Source: an uncultured Candidatus Saccharibacteria bacterium
GTDB lineage: Bacteria; Patescibacteriota; Minisyncoccia; UBA6257; GWB1-50-10
NCBI GenBank assembly: GCA_964639325.1
Contig: CAZXDO010000040.1
Coordinates: forward strand, 1-39,557
Direction: 5' to 3'
Length of the DNA stretch: 39,557 bases
The position numbers and the translations under genes were made by a program. Numbering within the stretch: the first letter of the stretch is position 1; each line of letters begins with the position of its first letter. Shown piece by piece: positions 28,174 through 37,786 of the stretch. The notes beneath the pieces were generated by a model that saw only the letters and a program-made list of their open reading frames with translations, was not told the origin of the DNA and did no database searches.

Positions 28174-29676
28174 ATGAAGAAAAACATTGATAATGATATT
28201 ACCTTAATTGGAGAAACCGATTATCGTGACCAAAAAGTAAAATTTGGTATAAAGACTGACGATAGAAGACGTCATATTTACATCATTGGGAAAACAGGTG
28301 TAGGGAAAACAACTCTTCTTGAGAATATGGCTATTGCTGATATTGAGTCAGGAAAAGGAATTGGTATTGTTGATCCTCATGGAGAATTTGCAGAAAAACT
28401 TCTTGATTATATTCCTGAAAATCGTTTAGAAGATGTTATTTATTTTGATCCTTCCGACACAGAGCAACCAATCGGTTTTAACCCTCTTGAACAAGTTTCT
28501 GACGAACAGCGTCACCTTATAGCTTCTGGTATGATGGGAGTTTTTAAGAAAATATGGCCTGATGTTTGGTCAACAAGAATGGAGTATATTCTCAACAACA
28601 CTCTTCTTGCTCTTCTTGAATCTCCGGGAGCCACTCTTTTGGGAGTCCTTAGAATGTTTTCTGACGAGAAATACAGGAAAGAAATTGTTGAAAATCTTCA
28701 AGATCCGGTAGTAAAACATTTTTGGAAAGAAGAATTTGCTAAATACACCCAACGTCTTCAGATTGAAGCCGTCGCTGCTATTCAAAATAAAGTGGGTCAA
28801 TTTGTTACCAATCCTCTTGTTAGAAATATTATTGGTCAGCCCAAGTCTTTAATTGATATGAAACGTGTTATGGACGAGGGGAAAATTCTTATAGTTAACG
28901 TTTCTAAGGGTAAAATAGGTGAAGATAATATGGCTCTTTTAGGGGCTATGATTATTACCAAACTTCAGCTAGCGGCTATGACTAGAGCTAAAGAATCTGA
29001 TAAAAATTTCCGTGATTTTTTTCTTTATGTTGATGAATTTCAAAACTTTGCCACAGATTCTTTTGCTACTATTCTCTCCGAAGCTAGAAAATATCGCCTT
29101 TCCCTTACCCTTGCTCACCAATATATAAACCAACTTGTTGATAATGGAAATACTAGAGTAAGAGATGCAATTTTTGGCAACGTCGGCACTATAATTTCTT
29201 TCAGGGTAGGAGCAGCTGATGCTGAATTTTTGGAGAAAGAATTTGAACCAATTTATACCGCCAACGATCTTGTTAATCTTTCTAAGTATCATATTTATAT
29301 ACGTCTAATGATTGACGGAATAGCTTCTTCTCCTTTTTCTTCCAAAACCCTCCCTCCTAGAGATGTACCCGATGAGGTTTCACCCAAAGAAACTATTATC
29401 GAATTTACCAGGCGTAAGTATGGAACTCCTAGAGAGTATGTTGAAAAAAAGATTGGAGAGGAATGGACAGGGGGTAAACGGGAAAAACCAAAAACTGAGA
29501 AAGAAAAAACTCTCAAAGAAACATTATTAAAAGAAGAAGAACCTCAAAGGACAGAAAAAAAGTTTCCTAAAAACCCCAGAAAAGATGTTGAGATCGACAA
29601 GCTTCGCAACGTTCTTGAAGAAGCTTTAGGAGAAAGCCTTAAGGAAGAAAAAGAAAAAAGGGATAATAAAGAATAA
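28174..29676 (+). CDS. VirD4/TraD/HerA-like coupling ATPase
   Basis: RRRHIYIIGKTGVGKT (Walker A), VDPHGE, LYVDEFQNF (Walker B), SEARKYRL..TLAHQY. Confidence 0.88.
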   Translation: MKKNIDNDITLIGETDYRDQKVKFGIKTDDRRRHIYIIGKTGVGKTTLLENMAIADIESGKGIGIVDPHGEFAEKLLDYIPENRLEDVIYFDPSDTEQPIGFNPLEQVSDEQRHLIASGMMGVFKKIWPDVWSTRMEYILNNTLLALLESPGATLLGVLRMFSDEKYRKEIVENLQDPVVKHFWKEEFAKYTQRLQIEAVAAIQNKVGQFVTNPLVRNIIGQPKSLIDMKRVMDEGKILIVNVSKGKIGEDNMALLGAMIITKLQLAAMTRAKESDKNFRDFFLYVDEFQNFATDSFATILSEARKYRLSLTLAHQYINQLVDNGNTRVRDAIFGNVGTIISFRVGAADAEFLEKEFEPIYTANDLVNLSKYHIYIRLMIDGIASSPFSSKTLPPRDVPDEVSPKETIIEFTRRKYGTPREYVEKKIGEEWTGGKREKPKTEKEKTLKETLLKEEEPQRTEKKFPKNPRKDVEIDKLRNVLEEALGESLKEEKEKRDNKE

Positions 29677-29687
29677 GACCCAAAAAT

Positions 29688-30254
29688 TTAAACCCTTTCA
29701 GTATATTCTCCGGTTTCAGTATTTACTCTTACCACATCCCCTTTTTCTATAAAAAGGGGAGTGTTTATTTTATAACCTGTTTCTAGCACAACTTGTTTTG
29801 TTCCGCCTTCGGCTGTGTTGCCTTTTACTGCAGGAGGTGCTTCAACAACCTCTAAATCAACTTTAGGGGGAAGCTTAAGATTAATATGTTCTTCATTAAA
29901 TTTTAATATTTTAAGAATTAAACCCGGTTTTAAGTATCTTTTACAATCACCAATTTTATCTTCTAAAAGAAAAAATCTATCATTTGGGTTATCTGGGTTT
30001 TTAAACCAATATTCTCCTTTACGTTCTTGATGGTATAAAAATTCGGTTGATATTTCTTCAATTTCAGCTTCTTCAAACTTTTCTTTTTGATGAACAGTAA
30101 TTTCCTTATTCTTGCCTGAAGTTAGATTTTTTATAGAAAGTTGAACCACCGGAGCTCCTCTCTGTTTTTTAACATGAACATAGTTAAGAACCACATAAGG
30201 TTCTCCATCTTTTATAAAATTAACGCCCGGTTTTAAATCTGTATATGAAAACAT
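29688..30254 (-). CDS. efp: Elongation factor P
   Basis: DLKPG, PPAVKGNTA, LETG..INTPLFIEKGDVVRVNTETGEYTERV. Confidence 0.93.
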   Translation of the reverse strand: MFSYTDLKPGVNFIKDGEPYVVLNYVHVKKQRGAPVVQLSIKNLTSGKNKEITVHQKEKFEEAEIEEISTEFLYHQERKGEYWFKNPDNPNDRFFLLEDKIGDCKRYLKPGLILKILKFNEEHINLKLPPKVDLEVVEAPPAVKGNTAEGGTKQVVLETGYKINTPLFIEKGDVVRVNTETGEYTERV

Positions 30255-30331
30255 AGAGATTAGTAATTAGTAAAAGGAAGTAAGTCTTCCTAAAGTTGAC
30301 TTTTTTCTGGTAATCTAAATAATATCAACCG

Positions 30332-31417
30332 ATGAGCATAAATACAAATAAAAATAAAAAAGTTTTTGTTGGTCTTTCCGGAGGAGTTGATTCTTCCGTA
30401 GCCGCTTTGCTTTTGAAAGAAGCCGGATACGATGTCACCGGTGTATTTTTACGTTGTTTTAATTTGGATGGGTGTGCTGAATACGATGCTGAAGACGCTC
30501 GTTTAGTGGCCGAGTATTTAAATATTCCTTTCTATACCTTTGACTTGGAAAAGGAATATAAGGAAAAAGTAGTTGATTATATGGTTCAAGGATACAAAGA
30601 AGGTTTTACCCCTAACCCTGATGTTGTTTGTAATCGGGAAATAAAGTTTGGCCTTTTTCTTCAAAAAACGCGCTCCTTGGGAGCAGATTATGTTGCTACC
30701 GGGCATTATGTAATCAAAAGGAAAATTGGTGAAAAATTTGCCCTTTTTGCCGGAGAAGACAAAAACAAGGACCAAAGTTATTTTCTTTGGCAGTTAAACC
30801 AGGAAGATTTAAAACACTCTCTTTTTCCGGTAGGAGAATATACTAAAGAAGAAGTAAGAAAAATAGCTGAAAAAGCCGGTCTTCCTACCGCTCAAAAAAA
30901 AGATTCTCAAGGAATATGTTTTTTAGGGAAAATATCTTTAAAGGATTTCTTGAAAAAATATATTTCTGAAAAAAAAGGTGATGTTGTTTCTCTTGATGGC
31001 AAGAAAATAGGGGAGCACAAAGGTGTAAATTATTACACTATTGGGGAACGTCATGTAGGCATAGACAATCCTAAAACTTCAACTGGAGGTAAAACTCTTC
31101 CTTATTATGTGGCCGAAAAAGATATAAAGACTAATACTCTTGTAATGGCAGAAGGAAAAGATAATCCTGCCCTTTTCAAAAAAGAAGTTGTTTTGAAAAA
31201 CGTAAATTTTATTCGTCTAGTTAAAAAAGAAAAAATTAAAGTTAAAGCAAGAATTCGTTATCGCCAACCTTTGTTTGATGCTGTTTTTTATAAATTATCA
31301 GATAACAGCTATAAACTAACTTTTGAAGAACCTCAAAAATCAATTGCTCTTGGACAATCTGCCGTTATCTATACAAAAGACGAAGAAATGATTGGCGGGG
31401 GAGTGATTATTAAATAG
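30332..31417 (+). CDS. mnmA: tRNA 2-thiouridylase MnmA
   Basis: SGGVDSS, TPNPDVVCNREIKF, ATGHY, KDQSYFL, KKDSQGICF, GQSAVIY. Confidence 0.96.
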   Translation: MSINTNKNKKVFVGLSGGVDSSVAALLLKEAGYDVTGVFLRCFNLDGCAEYDAEDARLVAEYLNIPFYTFDLEKEYKEKVVDYMVQGYKEGFTPNPDVVCNREIKFGLFLQKTRSLGADYVATGHYVIKRKIGEKFALFAGEDKNKDQSYFLWQLNQEDLKHSLFPVGEYTKEEVRKIAEKAGLPTAQKKDSQGICFLGKISLKDFLKKYISEKKGDVVSLDGKKIGEHKGVNYYTIGERHVGIDNPKTSTGGKTLPYYVAEKDIKTNTLVMAEGKDNPALFKKEVVLKNVNFIRLVKKEKIKVKARIRYRQPLFDAVFYKLSDNSYKLTFEEPQKSIALGQSAVIYTKDEEMIGGGVIIK

Positions 31418-31421
31418 TTAA

Positions 31422-31462
31422 TTTATCAAAAAAGCCGGTGTTTTCACATCGGCTTTGATAAA
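31422..31462. terminator. Bidirectional terminator between convergent genes
   Basis: AAAGCCGGTG-loop-CATCGGCTTT, flanked by TTTATCAAA/TTTGATAAA. Confidence 0.65.
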
Positions 31463-31464
31463 AA

Positions 31465-31923
31465 TTAGTTTTTAAAAAAAGAGATACTTTCCATTTCTTT
31501 CATTATCTCCTTTCTCTCAAATTCTTTAGACTTCTTTAATTCTTTTCGAGCTCTTTTCATTAAAGAAGGCGCCCACCTGGCAGCGCAAGAGAGATGTTTA
31601 TTTGAAGGCCTGTTCTTTAAAAGTTTCTCCCAGGCTCTTTCTCTTAATGAAACTACACATTGAATAATACAACAAAGGTCATCATTTGTTATTCCTTTTT
31701 TCAAGAGTTTTTCCCAAGCTTCTTCTCTTAAAGATTTTATCCATTTAATAATATAACAAAGATCTTTATTATCAGGTCCTTTTTTCAAAAGCTCCTGCCA
31801 GGCCTTTTCTCTTAAAGGGATTATCCATCGAACGATATAACAAAGATCGTCATTTGTAGGATTTTTTTCTTTAAGTCTATTCCAAAGAATTTCAAGTTTA
31901 CTTTCCTCTACTAATAGGTTCAT
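31465..31923 (-). CDS. Hypothetical protein with four 28-aa helical repeats
   Basis: WxxLLKKGPxNxDLCYIIxWxxxLRExA repeated four times; RBS AAAGGAG. Confidence 0.7.
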   Translation of the reverse strand: MNLLVEESKLEILWNRLKEKNPTNDDLCYIVRWIIPLREKAWQELLKKGPDNKDLCYIIKWIKSLREEAWEKLLKKGITNDDLCCIIQCVVSLRERAWEKLLKNRPSNKHLSCAARWAPSLMKRARKELKKSKEFERKEIMKEMESISFFKN

Positions 31924-31996
31924 AGTAAATCTCCTTTCTTTTTAAAATTCTAGTCAGATTATGCTCTTTTTAAAAATTGATGTCAACTGTATAAAA

Positions 31997-32025
31997 TTGA
32001 CATTTATTAAAATATTTGTTATACT
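31997..32025 (+). promoter_or_regulatory. Putative sigma70 promoter
   Basis: TTGACA-17 nt-TATACT with TG extension. Confidence 0.6.
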
Positions 32026-32061
32026 TTCACCAGTTATTTAACTTATTAATAGGAGGTTGTT

Positions 32062-32808
32062 ATGAAACAATTAGTTTTTATTGTAACGATTTTATTTCTT
32101 GTTTTTGGATTTGTTGAATTTCAAAAAGCAAGAACTGAACCTCAGGAAGAAATTAGTAATGTAGTTTTTTCCAACCAAGAAATTAAAGATTTAGCAAACG
32201 GAGAAATTGTTAATAAAAGTTCTTCTGTTGTTTTATCATTTCCCGTTAAATTGGTTCCTGTAGTTGAAGTAGCTTATTATAAAGTTATTTCCTCCTACAA
32301 ATTCCAAAAAGGAAAGCTGCGAAAAATTCCCGGAACCGGTTTAGAGATTATTTCTCAAAAACCAAATCTTATCTTATCTTTCTTTTGGCTTTATTCGCCT
32401 GTTATTCTTATTTTTTTGTTTGCTTATTTTAGTTCAGGTAAAAAAGAAAAAGGAGAAAAGGAATTCATTTATTTTTTTGCAGTGATGTCATTAATAATTG
32501 CAGTTTCTATTATTATAGGAAAGTCTAATGGTTCTTTTGTGGGATGGATTTTTGGTTGGGTTGCCGGAATAATTGCTGTAACTTTTTATAAATCAACATT
32601 AAAAAAAGTTATTGCAATACTTACCGGATTATCTGCCTTTGCTTTCACGGGACTAATGGCAGGTTCATTTCTGGAAATACCTCCTGAAACGGGAGTATCA
32701 GACGTAATTCTTTGGCATTATCTTATTATTTACATTGCTTTTTGTTTTCTTGGTTTTGGTTTGAGAATGGTTATTGCTACGCAGAAAGATCTGGTAGCGA
32801 GCAACTAA
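32062..32808 (+). CDS. Hypothetical multi-pass membrane protein
   Basis: N-terminal signal/TM plus about five C-terminal TMs; RBS AGGAGG. Confidence 0.65.
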   Translation: MKQLVFIVTILFLVFGFVEFQKARTEPQEEISNVVFSNQEIKDLANGEIVNKSSSVVLSFPVKLVPVVEVAYYKVISSYKFQKGKLRKIPGTGLEIISQKPNLILSFFWLYSPVILIFLFAYFSSGKKEKGEKEFIYFFAVMSLIIAVSIIIGKSNGSFVGWIFGWVAGIIAVTFYKSTLKKVIAILTGLSAFAFTGLMAGSFLEIPPETGVSDVILWHYLIIYIAFCFLGFGLRMVIATQKDLVASN

Positions 32809-32812
32809 AAAT

Positions 32813-32839
32813 AGGCGGGTTTTTTAACTCGCCTTTTTT
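32813..32839 (+). terminator. Intrinsic terminator
   Basis: AGGCGGGTT...AACTCGCCT followed by a T-run. Confidence 0.7.
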
Positions 32840-32855
32840 GTTTGAATATATTTTT

Positions 32856-32896
32856 CAACTTGGGGGTTCCCGACACCCCCAAGTTGTTGTGAACAA
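32856..32896 (+). repeat. REP-like palindrome copy 6 + degenerate box TGTGAACAA
   Basis: Perfect 31-bp palindrome followed by TTGTGAACAA. Confidence 0.95.
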
Positions 32897-32920
32897 CTTT
32901 TTAAAATAGAATGTTAAGTA

Positions 32921-35900
32921 ATGGTAGATTTTCAGGAAAAATATAAATTATTAAACAAAGAACAAAAGGAAGTAGTTGATACTATAGAAGGACCGGTTCT
33001 CGTTGTGGCTGGTCCCGGTTCCGGGAAAACAGAAGTTTTAGGAATTAGAGTAGCTAATATTTTAAAAAAAACCGATATTTCTCCGGGGAATATTTTATGT
33101 CTTACCTTTACAGACTCTGCTGCTGTAAACATGAGAGACAGGTTAAAAGAAATTATAGGCCAAGACGCTTTCAAGGTGGCAATTCATACCTTTCATAATT
33201 TTGGAGTTGATATTATTAATTACCACCCCGAAATATTTTATAAAGGAGCAGTATTTTCCCCGGCAGATGAATTAACTCAGCTAGACCTTTTAGAAGGCAT
33301 ATTTTCTAAATTAAAATATGATAATCCCCTGAAAAAAATTCATCCTGAACAAGGGTACACATATTTAAGATCTGTCCAAAAATCAATTCAATATTTAAAA
33401 AAAGCAGGTCTTACTCCTGAAGAATTTAATAGTATATTAGACCATAATGAATCGTCGCTTAGTTTTTTAAATCCTCTCGTGGGAGAATATTTTAAAGATA
33501 AGATTAAAAAAGAAAATCTTAAAACCCTTCCCGAATTAATTGTAAAAATAAAAAGGTATAAACAAAAAAAGTTTCCCGTAAATCATATGAAATCTCTTGT
33601 TTCTTTTGTAACCGAATCCTTAGAACACAGCCTTGAAAAAGCACTAGAAAAAGAAGAAACAAAACCTCTTTCCGAGTGGAAAAGGGAAAGGATTTATAAA
33701 AATGAAGATGGAGATTATCTTTTAAAAGAAACAAAGCATTTAGAAAAAATGAGGGCTTTAGCTGAAGTTTATGGAGAATATAGGAAATTGATGTACGCCC
33801 AGGGCTATTATGATTTTGATGATATGATTTTAGATACTCTTACTGCTATAGAAAAAAATAGTGAATTAAGATATGAACTTCAAGAACAATTTCAATATAT
33901 TCTTGTGGATGAGTTTCAAGATACCAATGATGCCCAAATGAGACTTTTACGCCTTCTTACTTCAGCCGACGTTCATGAAGGAAGGCCCAACATTATGGCC
34001 GTGGGAGATGATGACCAAGCAATCTTTAAGTTTCAAGGAGCGGAAATATCAAATATCCTTAAATTTAAAGAATACTACCGCGATCCGAAAATTATAACCA
34101 TGGTTAAAAACTATCGCTCCCGACAGGATATTTTAGACGTAGCAAGATATATTATTACTCAAGGAAAAGAGAGGTTGGAAAATGTCGTTCCTGAAGTTAA
34201 TAAAATATTAAAATCAGTAAATGATGGTATTGCGGAAGGAGAAATTAAAAGCAAATCTTTCCCCACCATTGATCATGAATATATTTGGATAGCTAATGAA
34301 GTTAAAAAATTAATAGATAAAGGGTTAGAACCCGATAATATAGGGATAATTGCCCGTAAGCACAATGATTTAAAAATCCTCCTTCCTTATCTTGAAAAAA
34401 AGAAAATACCTGTTTCTTATGAAGCCCAGAGAAATGTTCTCCAAGAGCTCCATATAAGACAAATTATCCAAATATCCCGCTTAGTAATTTCTCTTTTAGA
34501 AAAAAACAAAGAAGTTTCGGATGATCTGCTTCCAGAAATTTTAAGTTATCCTTTTTGGGATATTGAAAGAAAGATTATATGGGAGATTTCCCGAAAAGCA
34601 TACAAGAATAAAGAATCATGGATTGACGTTATGCTAAATCACAAAAGTAAGAAAATAAACGAAATAGCTGATTTCTTTCTTTTTTTAGCAAAACTTTCTA
34701 AATATGAGCCGGTAGACAGGGTTATTGAAAAAATAATCGGAGCTAAGGTTCACGCGCTTCCGGACTCAGAAGACGATGATTTTGAAAATAAAGATAAAGA
34801 AAAATATGAATATATAAGCCCTTTTAAGGATTACTACTTTTCCCAAGAAAAATTTAAAAAAGACCCTGATGAATATTTAATTTTCCTTTCAGCCTTAAGA
34901 ACGTTTGTTTATGCTCTTAGGGAATATAAGCAAGGACAGATTATCGGCCTTCAAGATATGATTAATTTTGTTGAAACACATGAAAACAATAATATGGTTT
35001 TATCTGATAATGGAATTTTTCTCCAAAGTAGAAATACAGTTAATCTTCTAACCGCCCACAAAGCAAAAGGAATGGAATTTGACACCGTCTTTATTCTCAA
35101 TTGCCAAGATGATATTTGGGCAGGGAAACGACAAGGTTCTCGTCTTCCTTTTCCAAGTAATCTTCCCATTACGCCGGCCGGGGACAACAAAGATGACCAA
35201 CTCCGCCTTTTTTACGTAGCCGTAACAAGGGCAATCCGCCGTCTTTATTTTACTTCTTACGAAATGAGCAACACCGGTAAAGAAGATTCTCGTTTGCAGT
35301 TCATCTCTTCTCCAAATGATGAAAAATTAAATAAAGTAAATAAATTTCTAAGTCCGGAAATTGAAAAAGATAATAAAGAAAAGAAAATTGAAAAAGAAAT
35401 CTTAACTTCTCCATGGGGGTTAAATCATTACCCGCCCTTTTTGAAAGATGAAAAAATTCTTCTTAAATCTATTCTAGAAAATTATAAGCTTAATGTTACT
35501 CATATGAATAATTTTCTTAATGTAGTTGACGGGGGTCCTCAACTGTTTTTAGAACAAAACTTGCTTCGCTTTCCTCAACCCAAATCCGTATCCCTTTCTT
35601 ATGGAAGTGCAATGCATCAAGTATTGCATCAAATATATGAACATCTGAAGAAAACAAAAAGGATGCCCAATAAAAATAAAATTATTGATTGGTTTGAAAA
35701 ATTTTTAAAAAACCAACGTTTAAACAAACATGATTTTGCTCACTATTTTAAAAGAGGTAAAGAAGCCCTAACAGTTTTTCTTGAAAAAAATAAAAATAAT
35801 TTTAAAATAGGCCATTTTTCAGAATTTAGTTTTAAACAGGAAGGAGTAGTAATAAAAGAAACTCCTATTACCGGTAAAATTGATAAAATGGAAACAATAG

Positions 35901-36271
35901 AAAATGAAATAATAGTTTATGACTTTAAAACGGGGAAGTATTCTGAAAATTGGAAAGGTTCCAATGAGCGCGAAAAAATAAAACTTTGGAAATATAAAAA
36001 CCAGCTTATTTTCTATAAACTTTTAGTGGAAAATTCAAGGAAATTTGGAGGTAATTACAAAGTAGAGAAAGGATTTATTGAATTTTTAGAACCCAAGAAC
36101 AAAAAAGAAATAGTAAGCCTTCCTTTGGTTATTGAAGAAAAAGAAGTTGATCGTCTTGAAAGATTAATCATAGCTGTCTACAAAAAAATAATAAATCTTG
36201 ATTTTCCTGAAACAAAAAAGTATTCAAAAGATATTAAGGGTATAAAAGAATTTGAAGATAGCTTAATTTAA
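32921..36271 (+). CDS. UvrD/PcrA-type SF1 helicase with C-terminal PD-(D/E)XK nuclease
   Basis: AGPGSGKT, LVDEFQD, VGDDDQAIFKFQGA, NYRS, TAHKAKGMEF, RLFYVAVTRA; nuclease GKIDK...VYDFKTG...QLIFY. Confidence 0.92.
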   Translation: MVDFQEKYKLLNKEQKEVVDTIEGPVLVVAGPGSGKTEVLGIRVANILKKTDISPGNILCLTFTDSAAVNMRDRLKEIIGQDAFKVAIHTFHNFGVDIINYHPEIFYKGAVFSPADELTQLDLLEGIFSKLKYDNPLKKIHPEQGYTYLRSVQKSIQYLKKAGLTPEEFNSILDHNESSLSFLNPLVGEYFKDKIKKENLKTLPELIVKIKRYKQKKFPVNHMKSLVSFVTESLEHSLEKALEKEETKPLSEWKRERIYKNEDGDYLLKETKHLEKMRALAEVYGEYRKLMYAQGYYDFDDMILDTLTAIEKNSELRYELQEQFQYILVDEFQDTNDAQMRLLRLLTSADVHEGRPNIMAVGDDDQAIFKFQGAEISNILKFKEYYRDPKIITMVKNYRSRQDILDVARYIITQGKERLENVVPEVNKILKSVNDGIAEGEIKSKSFPTIDHEYIWIANEVKKLIDKGLEPDNIGIIARKHNDLKILLPYLEKKKIPVSYEAQRNVLQELHIRQIIQISRLVISLLEKNKEVSDDLLPEILSYPFWDIERKIIWEISRKAYKNKESWIDVMLNHKSKKINEIADFFLFLAKLSKYEPVDRVIEKIIGAKVHALPDSEDDDFENKDKEKYEYISPFKDYYFSQEKFKKDPDEYLIFLSALRTFVYALREYKQGQIIGLQDMINFVETHENNNMVLSDNGIFLQSRNTVNLLTAHKAKGMEFDTVFILNCQDDIWAGKRQGSRLPFPSNLPITPAGDNKDDQLRLFYVAVTRAIRRLYFTSYEMSNTGKEDSRLQFISSPNDEKLNKVNKFLSPEIEKDNKEKKIEKEILTSPWGLNHYPPFLKDEKILLKSILENYKLNVTHMNNFLNVVDGGPQLFLEQNLLRFPQPKSVSLSYGSAMHQVLHQIYEHLKKTKRMPNKNKIIDWFEKFLKNQRLNKHDFAHYFKRGKEALTVFLEKNKNNFKIGHFSEFSFKQEGVVIKETPITGKIDKMETIENEIIVYDFKTGKYSENWKGSNEREKIKLWKYKNQLIFYKLLVENSRKFGGNYKVEKGFIEFLEPKNKKEIVSLPLVIEEKEVDRLERLIIAVYKKIINLDFPETKKYSKDIKGIKEFEDSLI

Positions 36272-36276
36272 AGCAC

Positions 36277-37713
36277 ATGAAGGCTCATCAAATCTTTTTC
36301 TTTTCCGGCTTATTTTTTATTTCAGGAGTTTTTTTAAAAAGCATAGAAGCGGGTTTGTCAATTGTTTTGGTCGTCCTTATTTTTGTTGTATCTTTTTTAT
36401 TTCTTTATTTCTTAAAAAATAAAAAAAAGTTTATTGCCCTTGCTTTTTTATCTTTAATTATTTTTCTAGGTTCTTTCTATTATCATTTTTCTGATTTAAA
36501 TTTTAAAAAAACTATTCCCGAATACGGTAAAGAGATTGAATTATCAGGAGTAATAACAAATAACCCTGTTTTAAAAGATGGTTCCCTTAATTTTTATTTA
36601 AGATTAGATAATAAAAACAATTCTAAAATTCTAGTGCGCGTTCCCAAATATCCTTCTTTTAAATACGGTGACAAAATTAAAGTAAAAGGGGAGATAGTTA
36701 AAGCCAGATACAAAAGCTATAGAAATTATTTAGTTAAAGAAAAAGTTTCTGGAATAATGTATTCTCCTAAAATAGTTTTCCTAGAGTCAGGACAAGGTTC
36801 TCTAATAAAAGAAGAACTTTTTAGTATTAGAAATAAAGCTCATGAAGTTTTTAAAAAAAATATTTCACCTCAGGAAGCAGCTTTTCTGAATGGCATTACC
36901 TTAGGCGGTTACGAAGGATTTAGTTTTGAATTTAAGGAAGCAATGAGCGTAAGTGGAACAACCCATCTAGTGGCCCTTTCCGGTTATAATATTACTATTA
37001 TTATTGTCGTTTTTTCCTCTCTTTTTCTTTATCTTTTTTCCAAAAAGATTTCTTATACTCTAACTTCATTTTTGATTATCGCTTTTGTTCTTATGACCGG
37101 GGCCGAGGCCTCGGTAGTTAGAGCAGCTATAATGGGACTTATTGTAATACTAGCTTATTCTTCCGGTCGTATTTATGATATAAAAAATGCAATTATTTTT
37201 ACCGTTCTTGTTATGATTCTTATAAACCCCCGTGTCCTTGTCTTCGATATTGGTTTTCAACTATCCTTTCTTGCTGTGCTGGGTATTTTATATTTAAAAG
37301 AACCCCTTCAAAAATTAATAAAAATAGGGAACAAACCAGGCTTTCTTTCTTGGCGGGATAATCTTTTAACTACCGCCTCGGCTCAGTTGGCAGTTGCTCC
37401 TATTCTTATTTCTAATTTTGGCAGTTTTTCTCCCACCTCTCTTTTAGCTAATGTAATTATTTTAGAATTAATTCCTGTTACTATGTTTTTAGGTTTTTTA
37501 ATCCTTATTCTTTCTTTATTGTCTTATCACTCTGTCCTCGTTTTTAGCTGGATTGCCGAAGCCCTTCTTCTTCTTGAAACTAATTTTATTAAGTTATTTG
37601 CAAAAATAAGCGTACCTTTAGGAATCAATCTTGGAGTGTTAGGTTTCACCTTTTATTACTTTGTTCTTTATTTAATAATTATTAAAACACCAAAAATATC
37701 TAAAAAAATTTAA
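36277..37713 (+). CDS. comEC: ComEC/Rec2 competence channel (DUF4131 OB + Competence domain)
   Basis: GTTHLVALSGYNI, ASVVRAAIM, DIGFQLSFLA. Confidence 0.92.
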   Translation: MKAHQIFFFSGLFFISGVFLKSIEAGLSIVLVVLIFVVSFLFLYFLKNKKKFIALAFLSLIIFLGSFYYHFSDLNFKKTIPEYGKEIELSGVITNNPVLKDGSLNFYLRLDNKNNSKILVRVPKYPSFKYGDKIKVKGEIVKARYKSYRNYLVKEKVSGIMYSPKIVFLESGQGSLIKEELFSIRNKAHEVFKKNISPQEAAFLNGITLGGYEGFSFEFKEAMSVSGTTHLVALSGYNITIIIVVFSSLFLYLFSKKISYTLTSFLIIAFVLMTGAEASVVRAAIMGLIVILAYSSGRIYDIKNAIIFTVLVMILINPRVLVFDIGFQLSFLAVLGILYLKEPLQKLIKIGNKPGFLSWRDNLLTTASAQLAVAPILISNFGSFSPTSLLANVIILELIPVTMFLGFLILILSLLSYHSVLVFSWIAEALLLLETNFIKLFAKISVPLGINLGVLGFTFYYFVLYLIIIKTPKISKKI

Positions 37714-37720
37714 GCCGGAC

Positions 37721-37761
37721 TTATCCACACCAACTTGGGGGTGTCGGGAACCCCCACGTTG
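37721..37761 (-). repeat. REP-like palindrome copy 7 (inverted) + TTATCCACA
   Basis: TTATCCACAC-CAACTTGGGGGTGTCGGGAACCCCCACGTTG. Confidence 0.95.
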
Positions 37762-37786
37762 GAAATGTTAAATATATTAAATATTT

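Noticed and set aside
116-35190. Many short ORFs nested in or antisense to long genes
   Set aside because: They overlap well-supported CDSs and show no recognisable motifs.
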